A program made the translations under genes and the position numbers. DNA of 63,848 bases, filler included, from an uncultured bacterium (GTDB taxonomy: Bacteria > Auribacterota > CAZIXI01), in the NCBI GenBank assembly GCA_964543115.1. It is 5 parts of 5 records of this genome, joined end to end, with 100 filler letters (N's around TTAATTAATTAA, not from the genome) between each part and the next. Parts side by side here need not be neighbours in the genome. Positions count along the whole stretch, not along the records: positions 1 to 12,961 come from CAZIXI010000073.1; positions 13,062 to 25,937 come from CAZIXI010000074.1; 3 more parts are not named here. One strand, given 5' to 3'. The notes beneath the pieces are model-generated. The model worked only from the letters and a program-made list of their open reading frames with translations. It searched no databases and was not told where the DNA came from. The stretch's first letter is position 1. Each line of letters opens with the position of its first letter. Below are positions 10,690 to 19,596 of the stretch, piece after piece.

Positions 10690-11100
10690 ATGAAAGAGGG
10701 AGCGGGCTTACTGAAAGAGAAAGGGATTGTGGTTACCCCGCAGCGGCTGGCTGTCTGGAAATATATCCGGGGAAATCAGGGGCATCCCTGTGTAGAGAAG
10801 GTTTACGAAAAAGTAAAAGAGCAGTTTCCCAGCATGTCGCTGGCCACCGTTTATACCGTCCTGGAAACCTTCTGTAATGCCGGCCTTCTACATGAACTCT
10901 CCATTAGAAGAAATCGGGCCTGTTTTGATCCGCGCACCGAGAACCACCATCATTTTCTCTGCCGCCAGTGTAACAAAATATATGATATTGAGGCCGAATG
11001 TAAGATTGCCCGGAAAAAATGTGTTTGTGGGCACAATGTAGAAGACGTACATGGATATTTTTATGGTGTTTGTAAAAATTGTCAGAAAGGAGGTGAGTAA
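10690..11100 (+). CDS. perR: Fur family transcriptional repressor, PerR-like
   Basis: TPQRLAV, HP..E.VY, SLATVY, HHHFLCRQC...CKNC. Directly upstream of rubrerythrin and superoxide reductase. Confidence 0.85.
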   Translation: MKEGAGLLKEKGIVVTPQRLAVWKYIRGNQGHPCVEKVYEKVKEQFPSMSLATVYTVLETFCNAGLLHELSIRRNRACFDPRTENHHHFLCRQCNKIYDIEAECKIARKKCVCGHNVEDVHGYFYGVCKNCQKGGE

Positions 11101-11102
11101 GG

Positions 11103-11177
11103 ATGAAGAAATATTTTCTTCGCGCGACAGCGCATTGTAAAGAAGGTTGTAGTAGCCAGTCCTGGGTAAGACGCTAA
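11103..11177 (+). CDS. Candidate 24-aa small protein MKKYFLRATAHCKEGCSSQSWVRR
   Basis: Strong Shine-Dalgarno AAGGAGGTGA (11087-11096) 6 nt before ATG 11103, TAA at 11175-11177. No recognised homology. Confidence 0.3.
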   Translation: MKKYFLRATAHCKEGCSSQSWVRR

Positions 11178-11222
11178 ACTGCCCTTTTTTACGAAAGACG
11201 AATAACAATAGTAGGAGGAGCT

Positions 11223-11801
11223 GTGAGTAAGAGTTTAAAAGGAACGAAAACCGAAAAGAATTTATTGGCCTCATTTGCCGGGGAGTCGCAGGCCAGGAAC
11301 CGTTATACCTATTTTGCCTCAGCAGCACGAAATGAAGGTTATCAACAGATTATGGGAGTTTTTCTGGAAACAGCGGAGAATGAAAAAGAACACGCGAAAA
11401 GGTTTTTCAAGTTTCTGGAAGGCAGCGAGGTGGAGATAACCGCTGGTTATCCGGCGGGGAAGATTGGCAAAACAGCGGAAAATCTGAAAGCCTCTGCGGA
11501 AGGGGAGAACCTGGAATGGACCACTCTTTATCAGAATTTTGCCAAAGACGCGGAGACGGAAGGATTTGCGGAAATTGCTGAAACCTATCGTAATATCGCC
11601 AAAGTGGAAAAAGAACACGAAAAAAGGTATAGGGCCTTGTTAAAGAATGTGGAAGGGGGAGCGGTATTTAAAAAAGATAAGCCGGTCCGCTGGCATTGCC
11701 GTAACTGCGGCTATGTGCATGAAGGGCCGGAGGCGCCGGATAAATGTCCGGCCTGCAATCATCCTCAGGCCTATTACGAAATTCTTTCTGAAAATTATTA
11801 G
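11223..11801 (+). CDS. rbr: Rubrerythrin
   Basis: [29 protein letters not shown] diiron motifs, C-terminal CRNCGY...CPACNHP rubredoxin domain. AGGAGG RBS. Confidence 0.95.
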   Translation: MSKSLKGTKTEKNLLASFAGESQARNRYTYFASAARNEGYQQIMGVFLETAENEKEHAKRFFKFLEGSEVEITAGYPAGKIGKTAENLKASAEGENLEWTTLYQNFAKDAETEGFAEIAETYRNIAKVEKEHEKRYRALLKNVEGGAVFKKDKPVRWHCRNCGYVHEGPEAPDKCPACNHPQAYYEILSENY

Positions 11802-11810
11802 GAGGTAACT

Positions 11811-12197
11811 ATGGCCACTGATCAATGGACCTGTGAAGGTGATATCCTTTGCGGCGTGAATCAACCGAAAGACAAAAATAATCTGGCGGATCTGGAAAAA
11901 AAACATCTACCGGTAATCAGCGCGCCGGACAAGGTTAACAAGGATGAGGAGTTTGAGGTTAAGGTAGAAGTGGGTAAGTTACTGGCCCATCCTAATGAAG
12001 CCGGTCATTTTATTGAGTGGATAGAGCTCTATTGCGGCGATACCTTTCTGGGCGAGGCCTATTTTTCCGGCGGGATCAGCAGTCCGCTGGCGGTCTTCAA
12101 GGTGAAGCTTTCCCACGCCCATGGACCGTTGCAGGCCTGGACCAAGTGTAATTTACACGGTCTCTGGAAGGAAGCAAAGGACATAGCGGTTGGTTGA
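11811..12197 (+). CDS. Superoxide reductase (neelaredoxin / class II SORL domain)
   Basis: EKKHLP, HP...HFIEWIEL, CNLHGLW iron-ligand pattern. Confidence 0.88.
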   Translation: MATDQWTCEGDILCGVNQPKDKNNLADLEKKHLPVISAPDKVNKDEEFEVKVEVGKLLAHPNEAGHFIEWIELYCGDTFLGEAYFSGGISSPLAVFKVKLSHAHGPLQAWTKCNLHGLWKEAKDIAVG

Positions 12198-12202
12198 ATA
12201 AT

Positions 12203-12946
12203 ATGCCGAAAGACGCGCTTGTCATTTGTCCTGTTTATAATGAGCAGGAAACGATCAAAAAATTTTATCAAGAATTGAGGGACTGCTATGCGGGACCTTT
12301 TCTTTTTGTTGATGATTGCTCAATTGACAGGTCCCGTGAGTTTCTCGCGCGAATTCGCCGGGGAGATACGTATGTAATCAGGCACCGGCAGCGTAAGGGA
12401 TATGGCCAGGCGCTGCAGATGGGTTTTCGTTTTGCCCTGACCGAAGGTTACCGGAAGATTGTCACTCTGGATGCGGACCGGCAACATCCGCCCGGGTATT
12501 TGTCTTCTTTTCTGGTGTCCCTGGATGAGAGTGAGGTAGTTTTAGGGTCGCGCTATTTGCAGGCAGTTGATCTGGCGGTTGTTCCCCCGGAGCGTTACTT
12601 GATTAACAGATTGATTGTCAGGGTGCTGAAGGCCTTGTTTGCCGTAGAGTTCAGTGATCCCTTTTGCGGGTATCGTGCCTATCGCCGTAGTTTCCTGGAG
12701 CGGGCCTGTTTGCGGGAGAGTAGTTACGGTTTCGCCTTGGAGGTATTACTGGAAATTATCAGGAATGAAGCTTCTTTCAGGGAGATCCCGATTGAGACGA
12801 TTTATTTTAACCGTTCCCGCAGGTTTCTTGACGGGCTTGATGATCCCCAGGAACGCCTGCATTATTATCTGGATGTTATCCTGAGTAAGTACGAGGAATT
12901 GAGTGAAAAAAAGAAAATTTCTGGTGGTCAGTCCTCATCCCGATGA
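12203..12946 (+). CDS. Family 2 glycosyltransferase (DPM1-like)
   Basis: CPVYNE, VDDCS.D, TLDADRQH, VLGSRY, DPFCGYRAY. ATG at 12203 preferred over TTG at 12194. Confidence 0.88.
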   Translation: MPKDALVICPVYNEQETIKKFYQELRDCYAGPFLFVDDCSIDRSREFLARIRRGDTYVIRHRQRKGYGQALQMGFRFALTEGYRKIVTLDADRQHPPGYLSSFLVSLDESEVVLGSRYLQAVDLAVVPPERYLINRLIVRVLKALFAVEFSDPFCGYRAYRRSFLERACLRESSYGFALEVLLEIIRNEASFREIPIETIYFNRSRRFLDGLDDPQERLHYYLDVILSKYEELSEKKKISGGQSSSR

Positions 12947-12961
12947 CGCGGAATTGGGTCT
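12903..12961 (+). CDS. 5' fragment of a PIG-L / BshB1-type N-acetylglucosaminyl deacetylase, cut by the gap
   Basis: GTG at 12903 reads MKKRKFLVVSPHPDDAELG, the PIG-L family PHPDD motif. GAGGA RBS upstream. Confidence 0.65.
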
Positions 12962-13061
12962 NNNNNNNNNNNNNNNNNNNNNNNNNNNNNNNNNNNNNNN
13001 NNNNNTTAATTAATTAANNNNNNNNNNNNNNNNNNNNNNNNNNNNNNNNNNNNNNNNNNNN
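12962..13061. other. Artificial contig linker
   Basis: 44 N + TTAATTAATTAA (stops in all six frames) + 44 N. Confidence 0.98.
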
Positions 13062-13665
13062 TAATGCGGCTGGCGCGCGGATATAATTCTCTGGTCTGAT
13101 CATCCACTAAAAGAATAACGCCTCTTTCCGCGGGAACGGCTTGAAAGATCAGTTCGAGAACCCTGGTAAGTAACCTGTCAATGTTGCGGATCATATAGAT
13201 AGAAAAACTTAAATGATAGAGTGTTGTCAGGTCTTTTATTGTTTTTTCCTGGGTAAGCTTCGTTAACAGTTTTGGATCCAATTTCTGCATCTGTCTTGAG
13301 GGGAGGCGACTAAGCACCATCGTTTGTTTGCTGTCCGCCGTTTCCAGAGAGACATCCAGGTCCGGTTTTTCCGCTTTAAAGTGGAATCTCAGTCTGGTTT
13401 CTCCCAGTTGGATTATGTCATCGGTATGCAGGATGGTTTCTGTGATGAGAAAGTTATTGATATAGGTGCCGTTTTTGCTCTTCAGGTCAGCTATTTTATA
13501 ATCATTTTTGTCACGCCAGATACGGCAATGATTACGGGAAATGCGGGGATCGGGAAGATGCAATGAACTGGAAGGATCACGGCCCAGGGTGTTTTCTTCT
13601 TCCAGAAGGAAACTATTGCCCCGCTGGGCGCCGCTTTCAATGATTAAAATGGGTTTTTTAGGCAT
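13062..13665 (-). CDS. FHA + GAF domain signalling protein, 3' truncated
   Basis: LGRD...ISRNHC...DLKSKNGTYIN FHA motifs, then a GAF-like segment (RVLELIF...AERGVILLVD). Start MPKK at 13665 with AAGGA RBS. Output domain lost in the gap. Confidence 0.85.
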
Positions 13666-13800
13666 AAATATTCCTTGTAACTTTATTAGCATAGCAAAAT
13701 AAGTGCCTGGTTGTCAATTAAATCTGGTCACTGGAAGGTAGATGTGCTATGCTATTGCCGTTTGACCAAACCATTAACGATTAGAGCAATAGTATTAATA

Positions 13801-16134
13801 ATGAAAAAGGGTTTACTGGCCTTATTTGTTTTTATTATATTGACGCTGCTTTTAACCTATCCAATTGTCCTTCATCTGGGGACGATGGTGATTAATGGCG
13901 GCGACCCGCTGTTTTCTACCTGGACACTGATCTGGAATGTCAAGACCCTGATCAGCCAACCCTGGAAGTTGTTTCAGGCCAATATTTTCTATCCATATCA
14001 ATTTACTCTTGCCTATTCAGAACATATGCTGGGTAACAGTATTTTAGCCTTGCCGATATATTTGATCACCAAAGGCCCGCTTATTTGCTACAATCTTATT
14101 TGTTTGCTTACCTTTGTCTTAGCCGGTTTTGCCGCCTGGGCCCTGGTTAATTATCTTACCGGTGACTGGTTAGCCGGTGTAGTTGCCGGGATTATTTTTG
14201 CCTTCTGTCCATTCCGTTTTAGTCACCTGACCCACGTGCATGTGCTTACCAGTCAGTGGATTCCGTTTGCTTTGTTGTATCTGCACAAATACCTGGATAA
14301 TAATCAAAAGAAGAAATATCTCTATCTTTTTGCCCTGTTCTTCTTTTGGCAATTTATCTCTTCAGGGCATAATGGGCTGTTTCTGGCGGTAACGGTGTTT
14401 ATTTTTCTTATTTATTTTGCTCTTATTAAAAAAATGTCAATTACCGCTTGGCTGCAGCTTGGAGGAGTTTTAGTAATTGTCGGGCTGTTAATTCTGCCTC
14501 TGTATTATCCTTACATTTATCTGGCCAAAGAGTTTGGTTTTGTTCGTTCACTGGAAGAGGTGCAGGACTATTCCCCGCAGCTGCAGGCCTGGTTGGCGGC
14601 ACCGGCCGGTAACTGGCTCTATGGTAGTTGGCTTAATAAACTCGCGCATCCGGAAGCGATTATGTTTCCCGGATTGCTGGCGGTACTTTTGGCCTGTGCT
14701 AATTTATGGGGAACGGTTCCCAAAATCAAGACGGCTGTCAAAGCCGCTAGAGTGGGCATTAAGGTTAACAGGGCTCTTAATGTGCTGATTGGGCTGCTGG
14801 TAGTTTTAATTTTATGGGTTTTAATCAAAGGAGGTTTTGATACAGGAGTGGCTGTTCTGGGCGTTAAATTAAAAGCCACAAGCCTGGAGCGTCCGTTCTA
14901 TGTATTATTAGCTTTATTAGCGGTAAAAATATTTATTCAGCGAAAAAGGATCTGGCAGTATATCTCTAAGAACCGGGGGATAGGGCAGTTGTATTTGGTT
15001 GTGGCGATATTGAGTTTTTTATTCTGTTGCGGCCCGCAGATCAGAATAATGGATAAGGATCTTATCGCCGGCCCTTATTCTTTATTATACCGGTTGGTTC
15101 CGGGTTTTCAGGGTTTGCGCACGCCCGGCCGGTGGCATGTAATTTTTATTCTGGCTCTGGCGGTGCTGGCCGGTTTGGGGTTTGCCCGTTTAAGAAAAAG
15201 ATTTTCCCGCTATCGTTATAAATATCTATGGGTAAGCATCGTCCCCTTGCTGCTGGTGCTCGAATACGCAAGTATTCCAATTCATTTGTGCTGTTATCGG
15301 CCGAGTGAAGTTCCGCCGGTTTATCAATGGCTCGGCGAACAGGATGAGCAGGCGGTGATTATTGAGCTGCCCATGCCGCAGCGTGTGCCGCAATTTTTTC
15401 AGGAGGCCAGTCACCTCTATTGGTCTCTTTGGCACGGCAAGAAAATGGTTAATGGCTACAGCGGTTATAGTCCGCCGGCCTATTGGCCGATAGCGGAAAA
15501 AATGGCTGATTTTCCGACAGATGATACAGTGCAGATGCTTAAGTCTTTGGGGGTAAAATATGTGGTTATTCATTCCCCGGAGCTGGCGGTGAAGCTGGAT
15601 CATTTAGAAGACGATTTTAAATTAAGTTTTAAGGATGCTGACGATTGTGTTTATGAGGTCATTGGTGATCCGCGGGAGTATGAGGTTAATAGGACCGGCC
15701 GGGAGATTCCTCAGGGAGATTTAATCCTGGAAATGAATTATAATCCGGAAGAAACTTCGCTGGCAATTGACGGAGATTTAACTACCCGCTGGCATTCCGC
15801 TCAGGCGCAGGTTCCCGGAATGCAGGTCCAGATTGATTTGGGAAAGGTTTATTCTATTAACCGGGTATCTCTCGCTCTGGCTGAAAACCGGATGGATTTT
15901 CCTCGCGGGATCGCCTTGGAGGTCTCCACCGACGGCCGTTCCTGGCGCCATGTCCCGTTGAGGTTTATTTATGCCAATTATGTGCTGGATTTGTTAGCAG
16001 ATCCGCGTGAAAATTGGTTTTCACTTTATTTTTACCCGCGCGATGCCCGCTATTTACGCGTTATTCAGACGGGAGAGCATAAGGTATTTTATTGGAGTAT
16101 AAATGAGGTTCGTGTGTTTCAGTCGAGCAGCTGA
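13801..16134 (+). CDS. Polytopic GT-C-like membrane glycosyltransferase with C-terminal F5/8 type C (discoidin) domain
   Basis: GDPLFSTWTL.WN, ANIFYP..TLAYSEH, many TM helices, GLRTPGRW, NGYSGY, then AIDGDLTTRWHS...IDLG...STDG discoidin signature. Confidence 0.7.
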   Translation: MKKGLLALFVFIILTLLLTYPIVLHLGTMVINGGDPLFSTWTLIWNVKTLISQPWKLFQANIFYPYQFTLAYSEHMLGNSILALPIYLITKGPLICYNLICLLTFVLAGFAAWALVNYLTGDWLAGVVAGIIFAFCPFRFSHLTHVHVLTSQWIPFALLYLHKYLDNNQKKKYLYLFALFFFWQFISSGHNGLFLAVTVFIFLIYFALIKKMSITAWLQLGGVLVIVGLLILPLYYPYIYLAKEFGFVRSLEEVQDYSPQLQAWLAAPAGNWLYGSWLNKLAHPEAIMFPGLLAVLLACANLWGTVPKIKTAVKAARVGIKVNRALNVLIGLLVVLILWVLIKGGFDTGVAVLGVKLKATSLERPFYVLLALLAVKIFIQRKRIWQYISKNRGIGQLYLVVAILSFLFCCGPQIRIMDKDLIAGPYSLLYRLVPGFQGLRTPGRWHVIFILALAVLAGLGFARLRKRFSRYRYKYLWVSIVPLLLVLEYASIPIHLCCYRPSEVPPVYQWLGEQDEQAVIIELPMPQRVPQFFQEASHLYWSLWHGKKMVNGYSGYSPPAYWPIAEKMADFPTDDTVQMLKSLGVKYVVIHSPELAVKLDHLEDDFKLSFKDADDCVYEVIGDPREYEVNRTGREIPQGDLILEMNYNPEETSLAIDGDLTTRWHSAQAQVPGMQVQIDLGKVYSINRVSLALAENRMDFPRGIALEVSTDGRSWRHVPLRFIYANYVLDLLADPRENWFSLYFYPRDARYLRVIQTGEHKVFYWSINEVRVFQSSS

Positions 16135-16146
16135 AGGAGGTAGTTA

Positions 16147-16512
16147 GTGAAGAATTTCTTACTTATTTTGTTTTCGGTGTCTTTGGCGGTGTCCGGGCAA
16201 ATTTTCCTTAAAAAGGGGATGATGGATGTTGGTGAAATTCATCTTAGTTTAAGTACCCCGGTATTTTTAATAAAAAAAATATTCTCTGATTTTAAACTTT
16301 TTCTCGGCTTTGCCCTCTTCGGCATAAGTTCCTTTGTCTGGCTGGTGGTCTTGAGTAAGGTAGCCCTGAGCCTTGCCTATCCGATGGTGAGCATGGGTTA
16401 TGTGTTAACCGTGCTTCTTTCCTGGCAGTTGCTGGGGGAGACGGTATCCCCGTTAAGATGGATAGCCTTAGGGGTTATCTGTTCAGGAGTGGTTCTTTTG
16501 GCGCGTAGTTAA
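16147..16512 (+). CDS. Small DMT/EamA protein, ArnE/ArnF-like lipid-sugar flippase subunit
   Basis: 121 aa, four TM helices, GQIFLKKG, LSKV.LS.AYP. AAGGAGG RBS. Confidence 0.75.
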   Translation: MKNFLLILFSVSLAVSGQIFLKKGMMDVGEIHLSLSTPVFLIKKIFSDFKLFLGFALFGISSFVWLVVLSKVALSLAYPMVSMGYVLTVLLSWQLLGETVSPLRWIALGVICSGVVLLARS

Positions 16513-16515
16513 AAA

Positions 16516-16797
16516 ATGAAAAAGAAACAAGCTCATGTCATTATTTCCGGCTTTGTTCAGGGTGTGTGTTTTCGTTATGAAACACGGCGGCAGGCCCAGA
16601 TACTGAGAATTGACGGCTGGGTAAAGAACCGGCCGGACGGCAAGGTCGAGGCGTTGTTTGAGGGTGAAAAAGATGCCGTGGACAGTATGGTTCAGTGGTG
16701 CCGGCAGGGACCGGCAGGGGCAGTTGTTAATCAGGTGGATGTAGAAGAGGATAAATTCACTGGTAAATTTAGTTGTTTTGATATTAGATTTTACTAG
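16516..16797 (+). CDS. acyP: Acylphosphatase
   Basis: GFVQGVCFR...GWVKNRPDGKVEA...GP signature. Confidence 0.92.
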   Translation: MKKKQAHVIISGFVQGVCFRYETRRQAQILRIDGWVKNRPDGKVEALFEGEKDAVDSMVQWCRQGPAGAVVNQVDVEEDKFTGKFSCFDIRFY

Positions 16798-16811
16798 TTT
16801 TACAAGTTTCA

Positions 16812-17678
16812 CTAATAAATAATTATCATCGCGCTCAATACCCACAGAAGAATACTTACCATTAACGGTCTATCGGTCAGCAATAATTTGGTTGGACTTC
16901 CTCCCTTTTCCTTTTGATGAACCAGGTAGAGATAGCGGAATATTCCGTAGAGCACAAACGGTGCTGTCAGGATAAGTTTATTAGTGCCGAATTTCTGGAT
17001 GGTTTCTGGGCTTAAGGTATAGAGGATATAGGCAATCAGAGTAGCGGCGGTAACCACTGAAATCATCTGATCAAGGAAATAGGGGCTGTATTCAGTCAGC
17101 ACCGGTCGGTGCTGATGGCCTTGTTCGCCAAGCAGTACCAGTTCGTGCCGGCGTTTACTGAAACCCAGAAAAAGGCTGACCAGGCCCGTGCAGACCAGCA
17201 GCCAGGGAGAGACGGCTACCTGGATGGCGGCGCCGCCGGCCAGTACGCGAAAAATAAAACCCGAGGCAATGCCAAAAATATCCAGAATAACCTTGTGTTT
17301 CAGGAAAAAAGAATAAATCAGCTCCAAAATACAATAGCTCACTAAGATAAGACCGAATGTCTGGTTGAGTAAGAAACTGCAGGTTAAGGAAAAGGCCCCG
17401 ATAATGATAGCGCTGCAGAGGGCGGCTCTTTTGGTTAGTTTGCCTGCGGCCAAAGGTCTTTTCTTTTTTACTGGATGTTTTCTATCTTCTTCGCAGTCTA
17501 CCAGATCGTTAATCAGGTACCCGCAGCTGGAAATCAAACTAAACAGCAGAAAGGCTATTGACGTTTTCAAGAGAGCTAAAGGCACAAATGTTTGCCGGGC
17601 AAAGATTAAGGCTGCAAAGATGAAGGAGTTTTTTATCCAGTGGGGAATGCGCATAGAGATAAGCAGGGATTTAAGCAC
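16812..17678 (-). CDS. UbiA family decaprenyl-phosphate phosphoribosyltransferase
   Basis: MR..HWIKN, YLINDLVD.EEDRKHP.KK.RPLAAG, LGFSKRRHEL, GIFRYLYL. Confidence 0.85.
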   Translation of the reverse strand: MLKSLLISMRIPHWIKNSFIFAALIFARQTFVPLALLKTSIAFLLFSLISSCGYLINDLVDCEEDRKHPVKKKRPLAAGKLTKRAALCSAIIIGAFSLTCSFLLNQTFGLILVSYCILELIYSFFLKHKVILDIFGIASGFIFRVLAGGAAIQVAVSPWLLVCTGLVSLFLGFSKRRHELVLLGEQGHQHRPVLTEYSPYFLDQMISVVTAATLIAYILYTLSPETIQKFGTNKLILTAPFVLYGIFRYLYLVHQKEKGGSPTKLLLTDRPLMVSILLWVLSAMIIIY

Positions 17679-17750
17679 AAGGCCTCCTTTTTTCTGTTAT
17701 GGTTAAGAGAATTATTATAGAATATAGAGTCTTTGACTGCAATATCTAAT

Positions 17751-18782
17751 ATGAATAAGATTAAACAAATTACGCTGCTGACTAAGATTTTGTCAAATTA
17801 CCGCCGTAAGCGGACCAGGCTAACTTCTATGCCGATAAGGTTGTGGGTAGAACCAACGGATATTTGTAACCTTAAGTGTACTATGTGTCTGAATAAGGAT
17901 GTGCCGGCAGAGAAGAAGGGGCGGATGGATTTTGGTTTGTTTAAAAAGATTATCGATGAGGCCGGGGATTTTGTTTATGATATCTATCTTCATCATCGGG
18001 GAGAGCCACTCTTGCAGCCCCGGCTGATCGAGATGATCAAATATGCTAAGGCCGCGGGACTAAAAGTAAAAATGCATAGTAACGCCACCCTGTTAAATCC
18101 TCTTCAGGCGGAGGCCCTGGTTGATTCCGGGCTTGATCTGATATCTTTTTCTGTTGATGGCTTTACTGCCGAGCCCTATGAAAGGATCAGGGTCAACGCG
18201 GATTTTGCCAGGACGATCGGTAATATCAAGGATTTTCTCCGTATCCGTCAAAAGAAGAAAAGTTCTAAGCCGTATACAGTTGTTGAAGAAATAGAATTTC
18301 CGGAATTTAAGGCGCTCTATGATATTAATGACCGCAATCGTTTTGCCGGTGAGTTTAAGCAATTGGGGTTAGACGAAATAATATTTAAAGAGCTCTATAA
18401 CTGGGGAGGGGCATTGCCCGTACCCGGAGAGGGAGCTTTTCCCCGGACTTATTCCCGGTGCACCTTTCTCTGGTACGCGATGGTTATCCTCTGGGACGGT
18501 ACCGTAACTCCGTGCCCCCAGGATTATTACGGCCGTCTGCCAATGGGCAATCTGCGGGAGAAGAGTCTGCGGGATGTCTGGAATGACCGGCCGTATGTGG
18601 AGCTGAGAGACAGGATAATGAATGATGTGGAGAATCTTGATCCCTGCGTCAAATGTGACCGCCTTTTTCGCAAACAGGTTGCCGGTCTGCCGTTTCAGTA
18701 TATGTTTTCTTTTCTTAACGATAACCTTATCGGGTACGGCAGGTTACGGAAACTGTTGGGTTCGTATGAGAGAAATGAATAA
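17751..18782 (+). CDS. Radical SAM protein with SPASM/twitch domain
   Basis: EPTDICNLKCTMC, GEPLL, C-terminal C...WDG.V.PC.QD...GNL...C..C. Confidence 0.88.
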   Translation: MNKIKQITLLTKILSNYRRKRTRLTSMPIRLWVEPTDICNLKCTMCLNKDVPAEKKGRMDFGLFKKIIDEAGDFVYDIYLHHRGEPLLQPRLIEMIKYAKAAGLKVKMHSNATLLNPLQAEALVDSGLDLISFSVDGFTAEPYERIRVNADFARTIGNIKDFLRIRQKKKSSKPYTVVEEIEFPEFKALYDINDRNRFAGEFKQLGLDEIIFKELYNWGGALPVPGEGAFPRTYSRCTFLWYAMVILWDGTVTPCPQDYYGRLPMGNLREKSLRDVWNDRPYVELRDRIMNDVENLDPCVKCDRLFRKQVAGLPFQYMFSFLNDNLIGYGRLRKLLGSYERNE

Positions 18783-19560
18783 TAAGCAAGATAACTGGCA
18801 CTTAAAATTGTTTAGTAAGTCCATCCTTAAACAGAACAAGCTCAGGGCCATTAATTCTTTTCTAGAGGTTGATCCTGCCGGAAGTTATCTGGATATTGGC
18901 GGTGATAACGGTGTGATCAGTTATCTGTTACGGCAGCGGGGAGGTAACTGGCAGAGTGCCGATCTGGAAGAAGAGGCGGTGAGTGCAATAAAGGATCTCG
19001 TGGGGGGGGATGTATATAAGATAGATGGAAAATCAACACCATTCCCGGATAATACTTTTAACGGAGTTGTAATCATAGATTTTCTGGAGCATATTGATGC
19101 CGATAAGGAATTTATCATAGAACTTTACCGGATTATAAAAGGTAAGGGATCATTAATTATCAATGTGCCTTATTTAAAGAGTTTTTCCCTCCTTTGCTGG
19201 TTTCGTAAACTTGTGGGAATGGGGCCGGCCAGCCATGGCCATGTTCGGGCTGGGTATACCGGGCGACAGTTGCAATCCTTGCTGGAGGGTAAATTTGAAA
19301 TAGTAAAGTGCAGAACATACTCTCGGTTTTTTACGGAATTGATGGATACACTTATCGGTCTGGTGACTAAGGCTGGCGGTGGAAAAACTACTAAGAAGGG
19401 GCTGTTAGTTACTCAGGAAGACCTAAGGAAGAAGGCCAAAGCCTTTAAATTCTATTCACTAATCTATCCTCTCGTCTGGCTGATTTCCCGCCTGGATTTC
19501 CTCCTCTTTTTCACCAAGGGCTACAGCCTAATAATCCAAACAAGAAAAATCTCCGCGTAG
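18775..19560 (+). CDS. Class I SAM-dependent methyltransferase
   Basis: YLDIGGDNG motif I, PFPDNTFNGVVIIDFLEHI. Start at 18775 overlaps the radical SAM stop. Confidence 0.82.
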   Translation: MNNKQDNWHLKLFSKSILKQNKLRAINSFLEVDPAGSYLDIGGDNGVISYLLRQRGGNWQSADLEEEAVSAIKDLVGGDVYKIDGKSTPFPDNTFNGVVIIDFLEHIDADKEFIIELYRIIKGKGSLIINVPYLKSFSLLCWFRKLVGMGPASHGHVRAGYTGRQLQSLLEGKFEIVKCRTYSRFFTELMDTLIGLVTKAGGGKTTKKGLLVTQEDLRKKAKAFKFYSLIYPLVWLISRLDFLLFFTKGYSLIIQTRKISA

Positions 19561-19564
19561 TATC

Positions 19565-19591
19565 CATGAAGGAGGTCCAACCTCCTTCATG
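19565..19591. terminator. Hairpin between convergent genes (bidirectional terminator or REP-like)
   Basis: CATGAAGGAGGT-CCA-ACCTCCTTCATG, 12-bp perfect stem, no clear U tract. Confidence 0.5.
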
Positions 19592-19596
19592 AGGGA

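Noticed and set aside
10888..11328. 146-aa minus-strand ORF
   Set aside because: Overlaps perR and rbr on the opposite strand, with no coding features.
13006..13017. TTAATTAATTAA palindrome repeated four times at regular ~12.9-kb spacing
   Set aside because: Each copy is embedded in N runs. It is an assembly linker, not a biological repeat.
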